From: Blasia pusilla
Lineage: Eukaryota
Direction: 5' to 3'
NCBI GenBank assembly: GCA_050084515.1
Contig: CM114271.1
Span: forward strand, 14,136,001 to 14,200,000
DNA: 64,000 nucleotides
Position 1 is the first letter of the stretch; every line of letters starts with the position of its first letter. The translations under genes were made by a program, and so were the position numbers. The notes under the pieces are model-generated. The model had not been told where the DNA came from and did not search any database. It saw only the letters and a list, made by a program, of their open reading frames with translations. Positions 1 through 12,909 of the stretch are shown one piece after another.

Positions 1-2185
1 ACAAGTGGTTCATTGATAGCGGCGCCAGCAACCACATGATCAAAAATAAAGGTTGGTTCACATCTTACAAACCTTTGATGAATGGACTTGAAGTATCAAT
101 GGGAGACGGCTCCATTCACTCTGCGATTGGGGAAGGAGATGTGCAAGTGACATTGCCCTCGGGTGAAGATTATACAATCAAGGATGTGTGGCATATTCCA
201 GCTTTAACACACAACCTTATCTCCATTGGCCAGATCACCGAAAGAGAGAAAATGAAGGTTGTTTTTGATTCCAAAGGATGCGAGTTCTTACGAGAGGCCG
301 ACAATTCGGTCGCTGCCCAAGGAGTAAGGTATGGACGACTTTATAAACTTCTTAGCAAGCCGAGCCCTCAACTATTTTCAAGATCTTCAAACCAACTACA
401 AGTTTGGCATGAAAGACTTGGGCACTTTAACACGAAGACCTCAAGTTGTTAAGCAAAGATAATATGGTTGGAGGGTTACCTTAATTAAGTGGAGAAATAT
501 CCACTTGTGACACTTGCTTACGAGGCAAGCAATCAAGGCAAAAGTTTGACAAACATACCCTCTCAAGGGCTCCAACTCCCCTCCACCTAGTCCACATCGA
601 CCTTGGAGGTCCAATTCAAACGGCTTCACTATCAGGGGCAAGGTACTACATGCTATTAGTTGATGACCATTCAAGATTTATGTGGGTTTATTTCCTACAA
701 CACAAATCCAATGCATTAGGTATACTCAAGAAATTTCTTACATTGATAAGAACTCAATCTACTACAGCAGTGGGATCCTTGCATCTACACCTTGGTGAGC
801 CGCCCTCAAAGGTGAAGATGATACGAATGGATAGGGGAGGTGAATTCATGGGGAAAGCATTTGAGACCTTTTGTTGCGATCATGGCATCCGTCATCAACT
901 TACTACGGCCTACACCCCACAACAAAATGATATTGTTGAGAGGAGGTATCAAACTGTAGTTGAGATGGCAAGGTGCATGTTGAAGGGGCGAAATCTCCCC
1001 AACTATCTCTGGGCAGAGGCCATAAACACACCCATCTACATCCTCAACAAGTGCCCAACAAGGGCTTTGGAGGAGAAAATGCCTGAAGAAGTCTTCACTG
1101 GCATCAAACCAAATGTCTCACACCTTCGCATCTTTGGGTGTGGAGCTTATGCACATATACCAAAAGAATTGAGGAGAAAACTTGATGATAAAAGTGTGAG
1201 ATGTATATTTATTGGCTATGGCACTAGAGAGAAAGCTTACAAGCTCTTCTCCTTGGAGAACCACAAGGTGTTTATGAGCGTGACGTCATATTTGATGAAG
1301 ACACTCCCCACTCCGAAGAGCATCAATCAAACAATTGAGAGTGGCCTCAAACCTCCAAGAACGATGAGTCAAAAAATGAATCTGACAAGGATACACCATC
1401 CTCAGGGCCCACAACTCATGTAGATCGACCACCAACACTTGGTGAAAGAGGTCAAGGATTGGACGATATGGAGACCACACTAACGCTACCACCTCCACGA
1501 AGGTCAAGTCGACTACGCCAACTTCCTTCCAACTTACGAGAGGATTACATTTTACACATGGCTTTCTTTCTAAGTCATACACCATTTCAGAAAGCTCCCA
1601 TTGAGCCTCAATCTTTCCAAGAGGCATGCACTAATCCACATTGGCAACATGCAATGATCGAGGAGTACAATGCCATACTTGCAAACCGAACATGGGACCT
1701 GTTCCGTCTCCCATCAGGGAGGACTGCTATCCCTACAAAGTGGGTTTATAAGTGTAAGTATAACGCTGATGGATCGTTGTCTAGGTACAAGGCAAGGCTA
1801 GTAGCAAAAGGCTATCGACAACGCCAAGGCATTGATTATGATGAGACATATGCATCAGTTGCAAAAATGACCACGATTCGAGTGATCATATCTCTTGCAG
1901 TCATGTTTGATTGGCCCCTATTGCACATGGATGTTCAAAATGCCTTCTTAAATGGCACTTTGGAAGAAGAGGTATATCTACAACAACCTCAAGGCTTTAC
2001 TGCTCCTGGAATTGAAGATCTTGTTTGCAAGATGCGGAAAGCTCTTTATGGCCTGATGCAAGAAAATCGAATTTGGAATCAAACCTATGACCGACAATGT
2101 TAAACAAACTTGGATTTGCAAAGAGTAAACACGACCCGAACTTTTCTCTCAAGATCTCTACTTACGGGATTGTCATTGTGATCTT
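1..2185 (+). pseudogene. Copia pol 5' part: protease, integrase, RT N-terminal half (frameshifts and stops)
   Basis: ORFs 36-452, 650-1423 and 1459-2103 carry consecutive Copia pol motifs in different frames. Confidence 0.93.
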
Positions 2186-2698
2186 TGTCACGTCTTTTAG
2201 GATAGATTGGTGGGATCTAATAGAGCGCCTTCATGAGTAGTGGAGGACACGCCCAGTAGGTCGAGGGTGACCTGCTGAGGCCCTTGGAAACCTGAGATAG
2301 CAGGTTTCCCCTTCGTTGCGGCTCATTTGGAGCCATATTGAGGAACTTACTATTTTAGGTAAGTTCCATTTTGAGTATATGATGGACTTACTATTTTTGG
2401 TAAGTGGCCCTTGACCTCCTACATCAGGTCAAGAGCCAAGGAGGTGACTTGGGAGAATAGGTTACCATGGAGAGAGCTTGGGAGAGGAGAGGGGTATACC
2501 TCAAGGAGAGAGAGCTTGAGAGCTCATTCTCTTTTTGTTGAACCTCTTGGCATGAGGCGGCGGAGCTATGGTACCTTGCCTTGTGAGTGTAACCCAAGCC
2601 TCTCATTAGGAGAGTGGGTTTGGTTTGACATGAGAGAGAGTGCACACCTTTGAGAGCTATGGTGTGAGATGGTGAGAGAGAGATTGGATCTTATTTTA
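2186..2698 (+). repeat. Terminal repeat A1 of Gypsy copy 1
   Basis: Near-identical to ~11276-11787; ORF track entries 2411-2653 and 11499-11741 translate identically. Confidence 0.95.
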
Positions 2699-3264
2699 CA
2701 AAGAGAGAATGAGAGAATGAGAGAGTGAGAGAGCTTCATGGGGAGCTCGCTGGTCACTCGCTGTTTTTGCAGGTTGGGGACCGTGTTCCCGTTCAGCGGC
2801 TCATGGGAGTGCTCACGGAGCAAGGGCTGCTTTCATTACTCTTTGCATTTGCCGATTTTTCGTGTGGAAGAGTGGCGCGGAAGCGCTGCCCAATTTCTGA
2901 TAGGGATTGAGTATGGGGCGGGTTGCCCCATGCTGGTGCTCTCGGGAGCACCATGTAGCTTGCTGATTTGTATTTTTACAGATGTTACATTTTCGTTGGG
3001 AGAAATCAGCGGGAGTCTTGCCAAATTTTGTGTAGGAGAAAGAGACATTGGGCTTTACGACAGTCCCTGTCAGTTTTTACTGAAATGTCCGATTCTAAAT
3101 ATTTTTTGATGGTAGCGTAGATCGTGAAGCTGTGCACGCTGTGCAACAAACAATGCACAATTTGAAGTTGTGAGCAAAAAGTTATGGGCAATCTTGTAAA
3201 GCTGCCATTGCTAGACGATTTTTAGGGTTAAATCGTGCAAACCCTAAATCAGCCGCCACACCGG

Positions 3265-3405
3265 CGGCGACCGTCGCCATCATAGTCACCGTCAACGGTC
3301 GACGGTCAACCATCACCGTCAACGGTCAACCGTCACCGTCATCGGTCGGCCGTCACCATCAGCGGTCAACCGTCACTGTCAAGGGTCCACCGTCCATTGT
3401 CCACC
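3265..3405 (+). repeat. Degenerate short tandem repeat (ACCGTC/ACGGTC units) in the 5' leader of Gypsy copy 1
   Basis: Repeated caccgtcaacggtcaaccgtcaccgtc motifs. Confidence 0.8.
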
Positions 3406-4399
3406 CTTTGGGTGCCATTGCCGCCATTACGAAGTGGAGGGTCTTCCATGACGTTCGTTGATTCCTTGACTTGCGTCGCCACCACGTACTTTGTTTTGGA
3501 CGCCACCGTCATCGCATTTCTTCATCAACCAAGAAGCAGATGACCTCCGGTTATGGTGTTTGAGTTTTGATTTCATCTTTGCTATGTTGTGATTGGTAGC
3601 CGCCGGCGACGATCGAGTATCGTGTCGTGACGCCCGTAAGCCGCAACGCGCCCGATTGCGCGCCGTGCCGCTTTGGGTCGCACCGCACCATCTCGATCCC
3701 GAGCCGCACCGTCATTGTGGAGCGAGTGTGGGATTATTATTGATTGAAGAGGGTATGCCGCCGAGTGCCGCATCCCACCATCGAGGGCCGTGCCGTTCGT
3801 AGCCGTTCGTCGCTGCAATGCCGCACCGTTCGGGGACGGCACCTTTGTCTATCGAGGAGTTTTGAGCAAGATCGTGACGGGAGGAGTATGACTTGCTGAT
3901 TGGAGGAGTTGTCTCCACGATCGAGTTGGGGTCGAGATTTGCGATTCTTTGAGGAGCGACATCGACATGTGTTCAAAGTTACCCATTATGGTCCTTTACC
4001 CCTGACGTGTGAGGGATTCTCGGATTTATTTGGGGATATTGGGTGTGTGGATCTTTGAGAGCATCATTTATGTATGTGGTTTAGGGACATAGACCTGTGG
4101 GATGTTCGGAGTTGAGGGTAGGTTGTCAATGAGATGATAGCCTAGTCGATTTGCCGCACCACGCCGCGTCTTTGCCCGCGACGTTACACGTCTCGGGGAG
4201 AGAGTGTAGATCGAGTGCCGCATGTTTGGGATGAGTGATTGAGGGATTCCTCACGAGGTTGAGTGATTGGGTGAGAGGGGCACGGGGGTCATCACGGAGT
4301 CTGTTCGGGACTTTGAGAGGCGAGGTGGTGAACCCGAGAGTAGCTCTAGAGGTTTTACGCGGAGTGGCGCGAGGTTTTGAGGGTCTCCACGTGAGGGAC

Positions 4400-6830
4400 C
4401 ACCTCGACCTCCTTCAGTGTCATCGTCACACGAGGGGGAGGGTGTAGAGGAGTTTGTGAGCACATCGCCACACATTGTGAGTGGTCCTACCAGTTGGGCG
4501 TACGAGATGGACGACCGGGGTAGAGGACCGCGTAGGTTTTCAAGTGCGATGAGGCACGATTGAGTTACGATTTTATAGCGAGTTAAGGAGTTGGTGCGAC
4601 TCCCGGTAGGGCCAGGAACTCTAGAGAGTTCAACCCGTTTGACATGGAACGGTATGTTCCAGCATTTAGAGGGGGCGCCCATGGACGATTACCATGAGTT
4701 CTCTCAAAGATATGCATGTGAGATCGAGGCGTGGAGGCTCTACTATGACCCACATTATGTGTCATGGACGGAGCCGTTCCCAGATGAGGAGGAGGAGTCG
4801 GGGAGAGGCTCGCCTCTTCCACTAGTGATGTTTTAGGAGGGGTCACTCGACGGGAGCGATTGCACCGTCTAGTCGGGTTCGTCCCGAGTTCAACCTTGTG
4901 GTTGAGTTCTTTCTTGAGTTGAGGGCGAGCTACGGGGGTATGGACGGAGAAGTTGTGGAGTATCCACGACTTCGAGGCGCTTCGGGTGAGAGTTTGCGTG
5001 AGGCTTACACTCGATTGCGCCGGTTGATCAACGTCACTCGGGGGTGACAGAGGCTCGAGCTATCCGGTCATGGTATGCGATCTTTGGACCGGACCCTGGA
5101 CGCGCACGGGTGCGGGAGGGGTGCTTCTTATAAACACCTCCCCTACGTTGAGAGATGTTTTTAGGACCGCCGAGAACATTGAGCGCAACATGGCGGAGGA
5201 GAGCGTAGCCACCATGGGTTCTGGCGAGAGCGATCACGATTATGCACCACGTGCAAAGAACGTGACTCGAGATAGGTCGAGTGTGGCACCACGAGCTCGA
5301 GGGGAGGATACCGAGAGGCCTTGCCCACGAGACCCACGCCTTCATATGCGGCTCAGCAGTTGACCGCCTACTATTACTTGTTGGTCATGTGGTGGAGCCC
5401 ATCATCGGTAGCGATTGCACTCGTCGGGGTCATGGGCGTGTGCCTCAAAGCATGGAGGAGGAGATGGTCTGCACCAGGAGGTTATCGATGTGACTATTGT
5501 CGAGGTATGGTCATACATGCGCGAGGTGTTTTAGTTTACATCTGAAATTACGCCTGGACCGAGGGCCGAGGAGGGCACCAGAGCGAAGCCGGTCCGGGTG
5601 GGCCTAGAGATCGTGCTCAAGTGGTCCCGTTGGGGGCGAGGAGCGGAGTTGCCCGGCAGGGTGGTGGAGTGCCCGTGGAGGAGGTAGAGTACCACCACCT
5701 AGACGCCGAGGATATGCCGGACGAGGCCGGGATGGTCGCTTTCCGATACAACGACTCTCAGAGGCGATTGCCGCTATGGCATTGAGGTTACCCGATGCGG
5801 ATCCGTGGCATCGACATCATATGGAGCAGCCAGAGATCTGGAGGATCTTGGATGGATGTCTTGGGTTGCCAGATGGAGGCCGCCGCGATTGTGACGAGTG
5901 GAGCGCCCCGCAGAGTTGGATCCCAGCGAGGGATGAAGACAGACTAGGCTTCCTCGATTTTTCACGTTGTCCGAAGCGATGAGGACCCCATCGATGGGCC
6001 CTCATCAAAGTTCCTGGAGAGTTGGTAATGTTGTTGGTGTGCAAGCACGGAGGGCGATGGGAGAAGCGAGTGCGACGACTTCTATTGTTGATGCTCAGGA
6101 GGGGCATGTGTCGAGCACATTGTTGGGGGCGGCCACCGTTGTGTACCGCACTCCTTTATTTTCTGCTTCCGATGTTGTGACGTTGGGAGGTACGCCCGCC
6201 GAGGCTTTTCGGCTGGCCGCTTCACTATGTGAGCACGGAGTTGGAGTTCCTGCATCACGTTCAGAGGTGATTGCAGAGGAGGTGATGGACCTGCCCTTGG
6301 AGCGGATGCTCGGGCCGTCCACGTCAGATTCATGGCAGGCTGCGGCTGCTAGGATGGCGGAGATGCCCGCTAGATCCGTGATAGAGCGTGCCGTGGCTTC
6401 TCCTGGTGTTGTGTTGCTGGATAACCGAGGAGAGGTCTTCCACTTGGTGAGTCCTGGAGGTAGAGCTTTTAGTCCGCAGCGCGTCTTGTTGGATTGAGGC
6501 GCAACCCTTGATGTTGAGGAAAGCGTCATTGAGGATTGGGCTTGCGAGAGCCGATGTGGAGTGTTGTCCATTTCGGATCTGAGACATCCTTGGGTGGAGC
6601 GAGTACCACACGATATATCACCCGGCAGAGGTCGTGGTGAGGATTCGCCGGGACATCCTACAAATGAGTCCGTGGTGCGCGCCAAGGCGATAGTGATCTT
6701 TGAGTCCTCGACGTCTTGGTTGGTGGAGCGATGTTATACCCAATGGGGTTTTCCTGGATTCTTGGGAGGAGTCGGCGTCCCCCTGAGACCAGGATGGCGT
6801 CGGTGATGGGCGCCTTAGCTCATTACCCGT
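4400..6830 (+). pseudogene. gag (two zinc knuckles) and aspartic protease of Gypsy copy 1, heavily frameshifted
   Basis: WNGMFQHLEGAPMDDY matches copies 2 and 3; CWSCGGAH and CDYC knuckles; PQRVLLD(stop)GAQPL protease motif. Confidence 0.8.
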
Positions 6831-7192
6831 TCGATTCACAGTCTTTGTGATCGAGCACGGCTAGGAGAGATGGCGACCTTAGCGGCATTTAGCAAAGGTG
6901 CCATCACTTGGCCTGGTGATTTGATTGAGGACATGTCCATGCAGAGGATACTCCGTTCTGAAATTTCTATGGAGAGGAGTGTTATGGTAGCTGCATCATT
7001 CCGTGGAGGAGAGGTGTGCTGTGGGGCTCGGCGAGGAGCTTCAACGATTAGCGGTCGCCGCGCACGCGACCCGCGTGGAGCGAGGCGTTTGCACGAGCGT
7101 GGCGGTCTCGAGGAACCCGAGGTAGCGGGAGTGCTACGATGACACCCTTGGATACTACACCCATTGTGTGGTGTACCGGAGGAGTGTATTCG

Positions 7193-8100
7193 ATGTTAGA
7201 TCTCTTTGGAGGGATTAGCATCGGGTTAGGCTTTCTTTGTTTTGCAGCGGAGTGCGAATCAAAGATACTTGTATGTGGAGAGTGATGATGTTGCGGCGCG
7301 TCTCACTCGGCGTGTGGCGCAATTACGCCTCGTTTTCCCGACTTATTATGCGTCCGCGTCTGAAGTACGAGTTCCCCTACCGAGGATATTTTGTTGTTGG
7401 GGGCGCGCAGGACTTAGAGCGGGTAGGGACCATTGATTTGGTCATTGCCGGTTGGCCATGTCGGGCCAATCGAGTGTTGGACGAGGCAGCGGGTTGGCGA
7501 CACTCGGTCCAGGTTGTTTTGAGGGTCTTACGGCGATTCTGGAGCACCGTCTCGTTCTCCGGCCTACATTTTGGAGAATGTGCCGATGTTAGGAGACTCA
7601 GTCACGGGTCGTGACGAGTGCTCATCAGTGCGTGCCTGGATCGCCCGGCCGATGTTCTTGGATGCGGCGAGTGTAGGTTCTAGAGCCCATCGCCCGGCGT
7701 CTATGGTGGACCAACTTGGTGCCCCATGCGGTGTTATGGAGGGCGTATGCGAGAGTGGAGCGCCCCTCCCCTTTGTTAGTGGATTCCATTCTGGATCTAG
7801 GTCGTCGATCACAGGCAATGAGGCACGATGATCGACCACCGCTGATTGTGGTCAACAGGTAGGCGGGCGCGGGCGCCTTGCCCACGTTGTGAGTTTTCCG
7901 CTTCCTATGCATACAAGGAGGCGGTCCTTGCTTGGTTTGGGATGACCAGGTTCAGCGGTTGGTGGAGCCCAACGCCGACGAGAGAGAGCGGCGATGGGAT
8001 TTCCCGAGAGTGACGGCGGTACCATCGGTGTTAGAGGCATCACGACGCCATGTCTTGGGTCGAGCGATGGACTGAAGCGCTTGACATGGATCCTCGGCTT
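7193..8100 (+). pseudogene. C5-cytosine DNA methyltransferase domain inside Gypsy pol (copy 1)
   Basis: Motifs in canonical order across frameshifts: I MLDLFGGISIG (7193), II RYLYVESD, IV IDLVIAGWPC (~7432-7461), VI LENVP (7571), VIII DAASVGSRAHR, IX VEPNADERERAMGFP, X LGRAMD. Confidence 0.88.
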
Positions 8101-8559
8101 GGGAGTGGTGGCGGCGTCGTATGAGATTACGGACGAGATCACGGCGGTTGCGTTGGTGAGCCCCATGCCTACCGAGACGGTGGAAGCGGCTAGGGGCGAG
8201 ACCCGAGGAGATCTCACGCACGGGGGAGATCGGGAGAGACACCCTGGACTTCTTGGGATGTTTTGAAGGTGCGCAAGGAGATGATAGCCACGACATCGGC
8301 GTGGTTTGAACCGCACTGCGTGGAGGAGATCGAGTTTGCGGTTGGTGCGCAGGAGAGCGGCCAGTGTTGTTATTCGAGACGGGGTTGCACCATAGCAACC
8401 ACCGATACCCAGCGCCGGAGAGTCCTCTGTAGTCACGATGGAGACTTGGGAGCGGATATGGGCCCTAAGTTGTGAGGAGGAGAGCGGCGCCGAATACATC
8501 AATTCCTCGGGAGTTATAGGAGCGCTGCGTTTAGCATGGAGGATTTGGGTACGTTGAAG

Positions 8560-10966
8560 GGTCCGGGGATCCGCATTGAGTTGTCGAGTGATATGCCGAT
8601 CTTCCGGCGACCCTACAGGTGCTGATGATATGGAGAGGGCTCGATTGAGTAGGAGCCAAGACTTGGTCGGAGCAGGATTAGTGGAGATGTCGCATGGAGA
8701 GTATGCATCGCCACTATCATGCCCGCCAAGAAGGATGTGCATGGCAAGCTCGGCGGATAGGCGGATGTGTGGGGATTACCGACCTATCAATTGTGACGAA
8801 GTCCGATAGGTATGCCATGCCCACCCCGAGGAGATCTTTGATGCGATTGGTCACCCAAAGGTCTTGATTCATTGGATTTATGAAGTTGGATACCATCAGC
8901 TGCCTATCGATTGGAGGACAGGCAAAAGACGGCATTTTGGGGCATCGATCCTCACGGGAAGGATTGTTTGTACCAGTGGCGGTTCTTACCATTTGGGTTA
9001 AAGAACGCCCCGGCTGAGTTTCAGAGGGTCATGGATAGGATCTTGGCTGGTCTGGATTTTGCTAGGTGTTATATTGATGACATCGTAGTCTTTAGCGCCA
9101 CGGTTGAGGAGCATGAGCAACATCTAGAGGAGGTGTTTTGACGATTGCAATTACATGGGCTGAAGCTACATCCAGGCAAGTGCAAGTTCTTCTACGACCA
9201 GATTGAGTACTTGGGTCATACGATATACCGAGGGGGCCTTGGTGTTCAGCAGACGAAGGTAGAGGCTATCTCACGCATTCCACGCCCTACAGATGTGAGC
9301 CGTGTTTGCGCATTCATGGGATTGGTGAACTTCTATCGGTGATACGTCAAGGGATTGATTCGATTTGGCGGCTGACCTTGCTCACCAAGGTGGATCACGA
9401 GTGGCACTGGGGGGATGAGCAGGAGCGAGCATTTCGATTGCTCAGGGCGAGTTGCGTCCGCACACATCTTGAGGAGACCGATCAGGGGGCGTCCTTTCCA
9501 GTTGCACATAGATTGGAGCATATTGGGGCTTGGAACGGTGCTCACCCAGCATGATGATGAGGGTAGAGAGTTTGTGGTGGCTTACGCTAGCCGCTCGAAT
9601 AACGTTGCAGAGGCGGGCGGCTCGTATGAGGAGGGTGAGTGCTTGGTCGGTGTGGTCATCGCGCATTTTAGGTGTTACTTATTCGGCAACCCTTTACCAT
9701 CATCATCGATCATCAACCACTAAAGTGGTTGATGGAGTCCGGCTGAGCTTACGGGGGAAGCTTTGCGAGATGGGCTCTGTTGTTGCAGGAGTATGATTTT
9801 CAGGTGGTACATAGACCTGAAACGCTCAACCAGGATGCAGATGGGTTGAGTCGTAACCTATGCCCAAGTCAGCGAGATGCGATTGGAGCTCGATGGCATG
9901 GAGAGAGTGATGAGGAGTCGGTGCCAGGATGGCACGCGTCAGCCTATTTAGGCATGTTGGCTATGGAGAGCCAGAGTGTGGAGACTTCGATGGCGAGGTC
10001 TAGTGGAGAGTCTTTGGATCCCGAGGCCAGTGAGGACACGACAAGTGGCCGAGATATTCATGATGATGGAGTAGTCTTAGAGTACCTTCGTACTGGCAGC
10101 CTTGCAAGCACCATGGATGCTAGAGAGCGGGATCGGATCCTACAGCGGGCCAGACGGTTCCGTTGGGAGGGGACACATGTTTTGAGGGTTTGGGAGGAGG
10201 CAGAGTACGCGTAATGCCGCATCCTTTGCAGAGAGCACGACTAGTGCAGCATGCCCACGAGGAGTTGGGTCACTTTGGGGTGAAGCGGACGTATAGCTTG
10301 CTCCAGATTCAGTATTGGTGGCGAGGCATGCAGACTGACTAGCGTCTTTTTCACCGTACTTGCTACTTTATGGCCGAGAGCCAGATTTACCTACGGCCAT
10401 TCGTCGAGATGCTGGTGAGGTGCTGAACCTTGATGACCCAGATGTATGGGTGCGAGCATATTCTCAGAGGGCTGAGTTATTTCGGAGAGTGATGCCCATG
10501 GCGTTTGAGAACTTGGCGATTGCACAACATCAGGATACGTTGAGGTATGCGACTATTCGAGGTGGTGGTTATCGACCAACTATCCGAAGGTTTCATCAGG
10601 GAGATTATGTCTATTTGCAGCAGACGGGCACCGACGACGTTGGATGTGACTGCACGGCGTACTATCCTGAGAGTGCGTGACATTTTGCCATCGAGTCTTC
10701 TCTTGCTGGAGGGACGCGATGGTATGGTATGGAAGGACCATGTGCGTAATTGTGCGCCATGTCACCTTCCTAACATTGATGGTATTGTAGATCCGAGCTT
10801 AGAAGTAGTTCCTGCAGGCTTGCGTTGTATGTTGTGTGGTTCTGCCCGTGGTGCGGCCACGATGCTAGTCTGTGATGGGTGTTCGAGAGGATGGCATATG
10901 GCATGTTTGACGCCACCTCTCACTAGGGTTCCTCAAGGACGATGGATGTGTCCCAGATGTACATAG
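8560..10966 (+). pseudogene. RT-RNase H-integrase (core deleted)-PHD of Gypsy copy 1
   Basis: RMCGDYRPIN, KTAF, PFGLKNAPAEFQRVMD, YIDD, EYLGH, VVAYASRS, NQDADGLSR, HAHEELGHFG, PHD CMLC..LVCDGCSRGWHMACL..WMCPRC. Confidence 0.92.
10826..10960 (+). other. PHD finger (C4HC3) at the integrase C-terminus, copy 1
   Basis: CMLCGSARGAATMLVCDGCSRGWHMACLTPPLTRVPQGRWMCPRC has complete C4HC3 spacing. Confidence 0.93.
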
Positions 10967-11147
10967 AGAAGGTAGTTCTACATTCCGACTTGTGTCTATG
11001 ACATGGATGACAAGAAGGCGACTAACGATGGGGCCACATGAGCACCCCGCCTTCTTGCTCTTAGCGTCCGAGAGATGTATGTCATGGTAGGTAAGGATAG
11101 ATGGCTATCTGGAGTTAGAGGGACCTAACCACCAGCTAGGGGGGCGA

Positions 11148-11914
11148 TTGGAGATATTTTGGTTCTTCTTGTCTCGTTGTTTGGATACCATGAGTTAGCA
11201 TGGGATCATGCGTGTTTGTGTGTGTGTTCGGTGACAGCGATGTATGTTGTGTAGCGATGTGTATGCGCACGGCGGTATCCACGTCTTTTAGGATAGATCG
11301 GTGGGATCTAATAGAGCGCCTTCATGAGTAGTGGAGGACACGCCCAAAGATGGGTCGAGGTGACTGCTGAGGCCCTTGAAACCTGAGATAGCGGTTTCCC
11401 CTTCATGTGGCTCATTTGGAGCCATATTGAGAACTTACTATTTTAGGTAAGTTCCATTTTGAGTATATGATGGACTTACTATTTTTGGTAAGTGGCCCTT
11501 GACCTCCTACATCAGGTCAAGAGCCAAGGAGGTGACTTGGGAGAATAGGTTACCATGGAGAGAGCTTGGGAGAGGAGAGGGGTATACCTCAAGGAGAGAG
11601 AGCTTGAGAGCTCATTCTCTTTTTGTTGAACCTCTTGGCATGAGGCGGCGGAGCTATGGTACCTTGCCTTGTGAGTGTAACCCAAGCCTCTCATTAGGAG
11701 AGTGGGTTTGGTTTGACATGAGAGAGAGTGCACACCTTTGAGAGCTATGGTGTGAGATGGTGGAGAGAGAGATTGGATCTTACTTTATTGGAGATATTTT
11801 GGTTCTTCTTGTCTTGTTGTTTGGATGCCATGAGTTAGCATGGGATCATGCGTGTTTGTGTGTGTGTTCGGTGACAGCGATGTATGTTGTGTAGCGATGT
11901 GTATGCGGACGACA
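11148..11914 (+). repeat. B1-A2-B2 composite 3' terminus of Gypsy copy 1
   Basis: TTGGAGATATTTTGGTTC...GTATGCG occurs at 11148-11274 and 11788-11914, flanking a copy of A; preceded by PPT AGGGGGG (11138-11144). Confidence 0.93.
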
Positions 11915-12869
11915 TCTTATATGTGGATGACTTGATCATTACTGGAGATGATGTACAAGGGATACATGATCTTAAAGAAAGACTCTCCTCTTCATTCAAA
12001 ATGAAAGATCTTGGGAGTTTACACTTCTGCCTAGGACTTGAAGTAAAGCGAGGGCCGAAAATGACCTTCTTGACTCAAGAAAGGCATATAGCTATCTTGC
12101 TTCAAACTTTTGGCCTAGAGGACTGCAAATCAACGCCCACTCCGACGAGTACAAAGAGACTTACTTATAATGATCAAGAGGAGAAGGTGGACTTGAACGA
12201 GTACCAAAAATTGGTGGGCTCACTTATCTATATCACCAACTCCCGACCAGATATTGCATATGCAGTAAGCCAAATCAGCCAACATATGGCTGATCCCTGC
12301 AAGTCTCACCTCATTGCACCAAAGAGGGTGGCAAGGTATCTTAAGGGTACAAACACATTTGGGCTTGCCTACAATAGAGGCATCCAACAAGCTCCGATAA
12401 TCTTGGGATTCTCAGATGCTGATTATGCAGGTTGTCCAATAACTCGCAAATCAACTTTAGGATATTTCTTCTCCTTTGGAAGTGCGGCTGTGAGCTTCTC
12501 ATCAAAGAAGTAAGCCTCAATTTCTCTATCTTCCACGGAGGCAGAATACCGTGGATTGACATATGCCACAACGAAGCCATATGGCTTAGAGGACTATTGG
12601 CTAAAATTCGGTTTACCCAATCTAATCCTACTGTAATCTTGGGAGATAACATTAGTTCTATTTATTTGTCCAGAAATCCAATCTTCCATTCACGAACCAA
12701 GCGTATCGAAGTGCAGCATCACTTCATTCGAGGAAAGGTACTGAGTGGGGACATCAATGTTGTGTGGTGTTCGGGAGACAAACAGGTTGCTGCCATCTTC
12801 ACCAAAGGCCTTCCTACTGCTAAGTTTGAAAGATTTAGATCACTTCTTGGTGTTTTAGATTCTGTGTAA
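11915..12869 (+). pseudogene. Copia pol 3' part: RT C-terminal half and RNase H
   Basis: Removing 2186-11914 and one TCTT restores gtg atc tta tat gtg gat gac (VILYVDD). Continues MKDLG, YQKLVGSLIY, SRPDIAYAV, FSDADYAG, IFTKGLP. Confidence 0.93.
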
Positions 12870-12909
12870 AAACATCTGTGTTCAAAGAGGATATTCCGTT
12901 TAGGGAGGA

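Larger units (their letters stand above)
2186..11914 (+). mobile_element. Gypsy-type retrotransposon copy 1 (gag-PR-DNMT-RT-RH-IN-PHD) with split direct repeats A...B-A-B
   Basis: Starts TGTCAC, ends GACGACA, 4-bp TSD TCTT (2182-2185/11915-11918). Two CCHC knuckles (~5380-5530), protease VLLD (~6485), RT YIDD (9070-9081), RNase H (VVAYASRS), integrase HHCC start, PHD. A1 2186-2698, B1 11148-11274, A2 ~11276-11787, B2 11788-11914. Confidence 0.93.

Noticed and set aside
2411-2653. Duplicated 80-aa ORF (also 11499-11741) as a small gene
   Set aside because: It lies within terminal repeat A, has a non-ATG start and is not conserved in copies 2 or 3.
7852-8742. Long antisense ORFs in the Gypsy copies (also 6095-6685, 22701-23288)
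   Set aside because: They are shadows of GC-rich sense coding sequence, have no motifs and are not conserved between copies.
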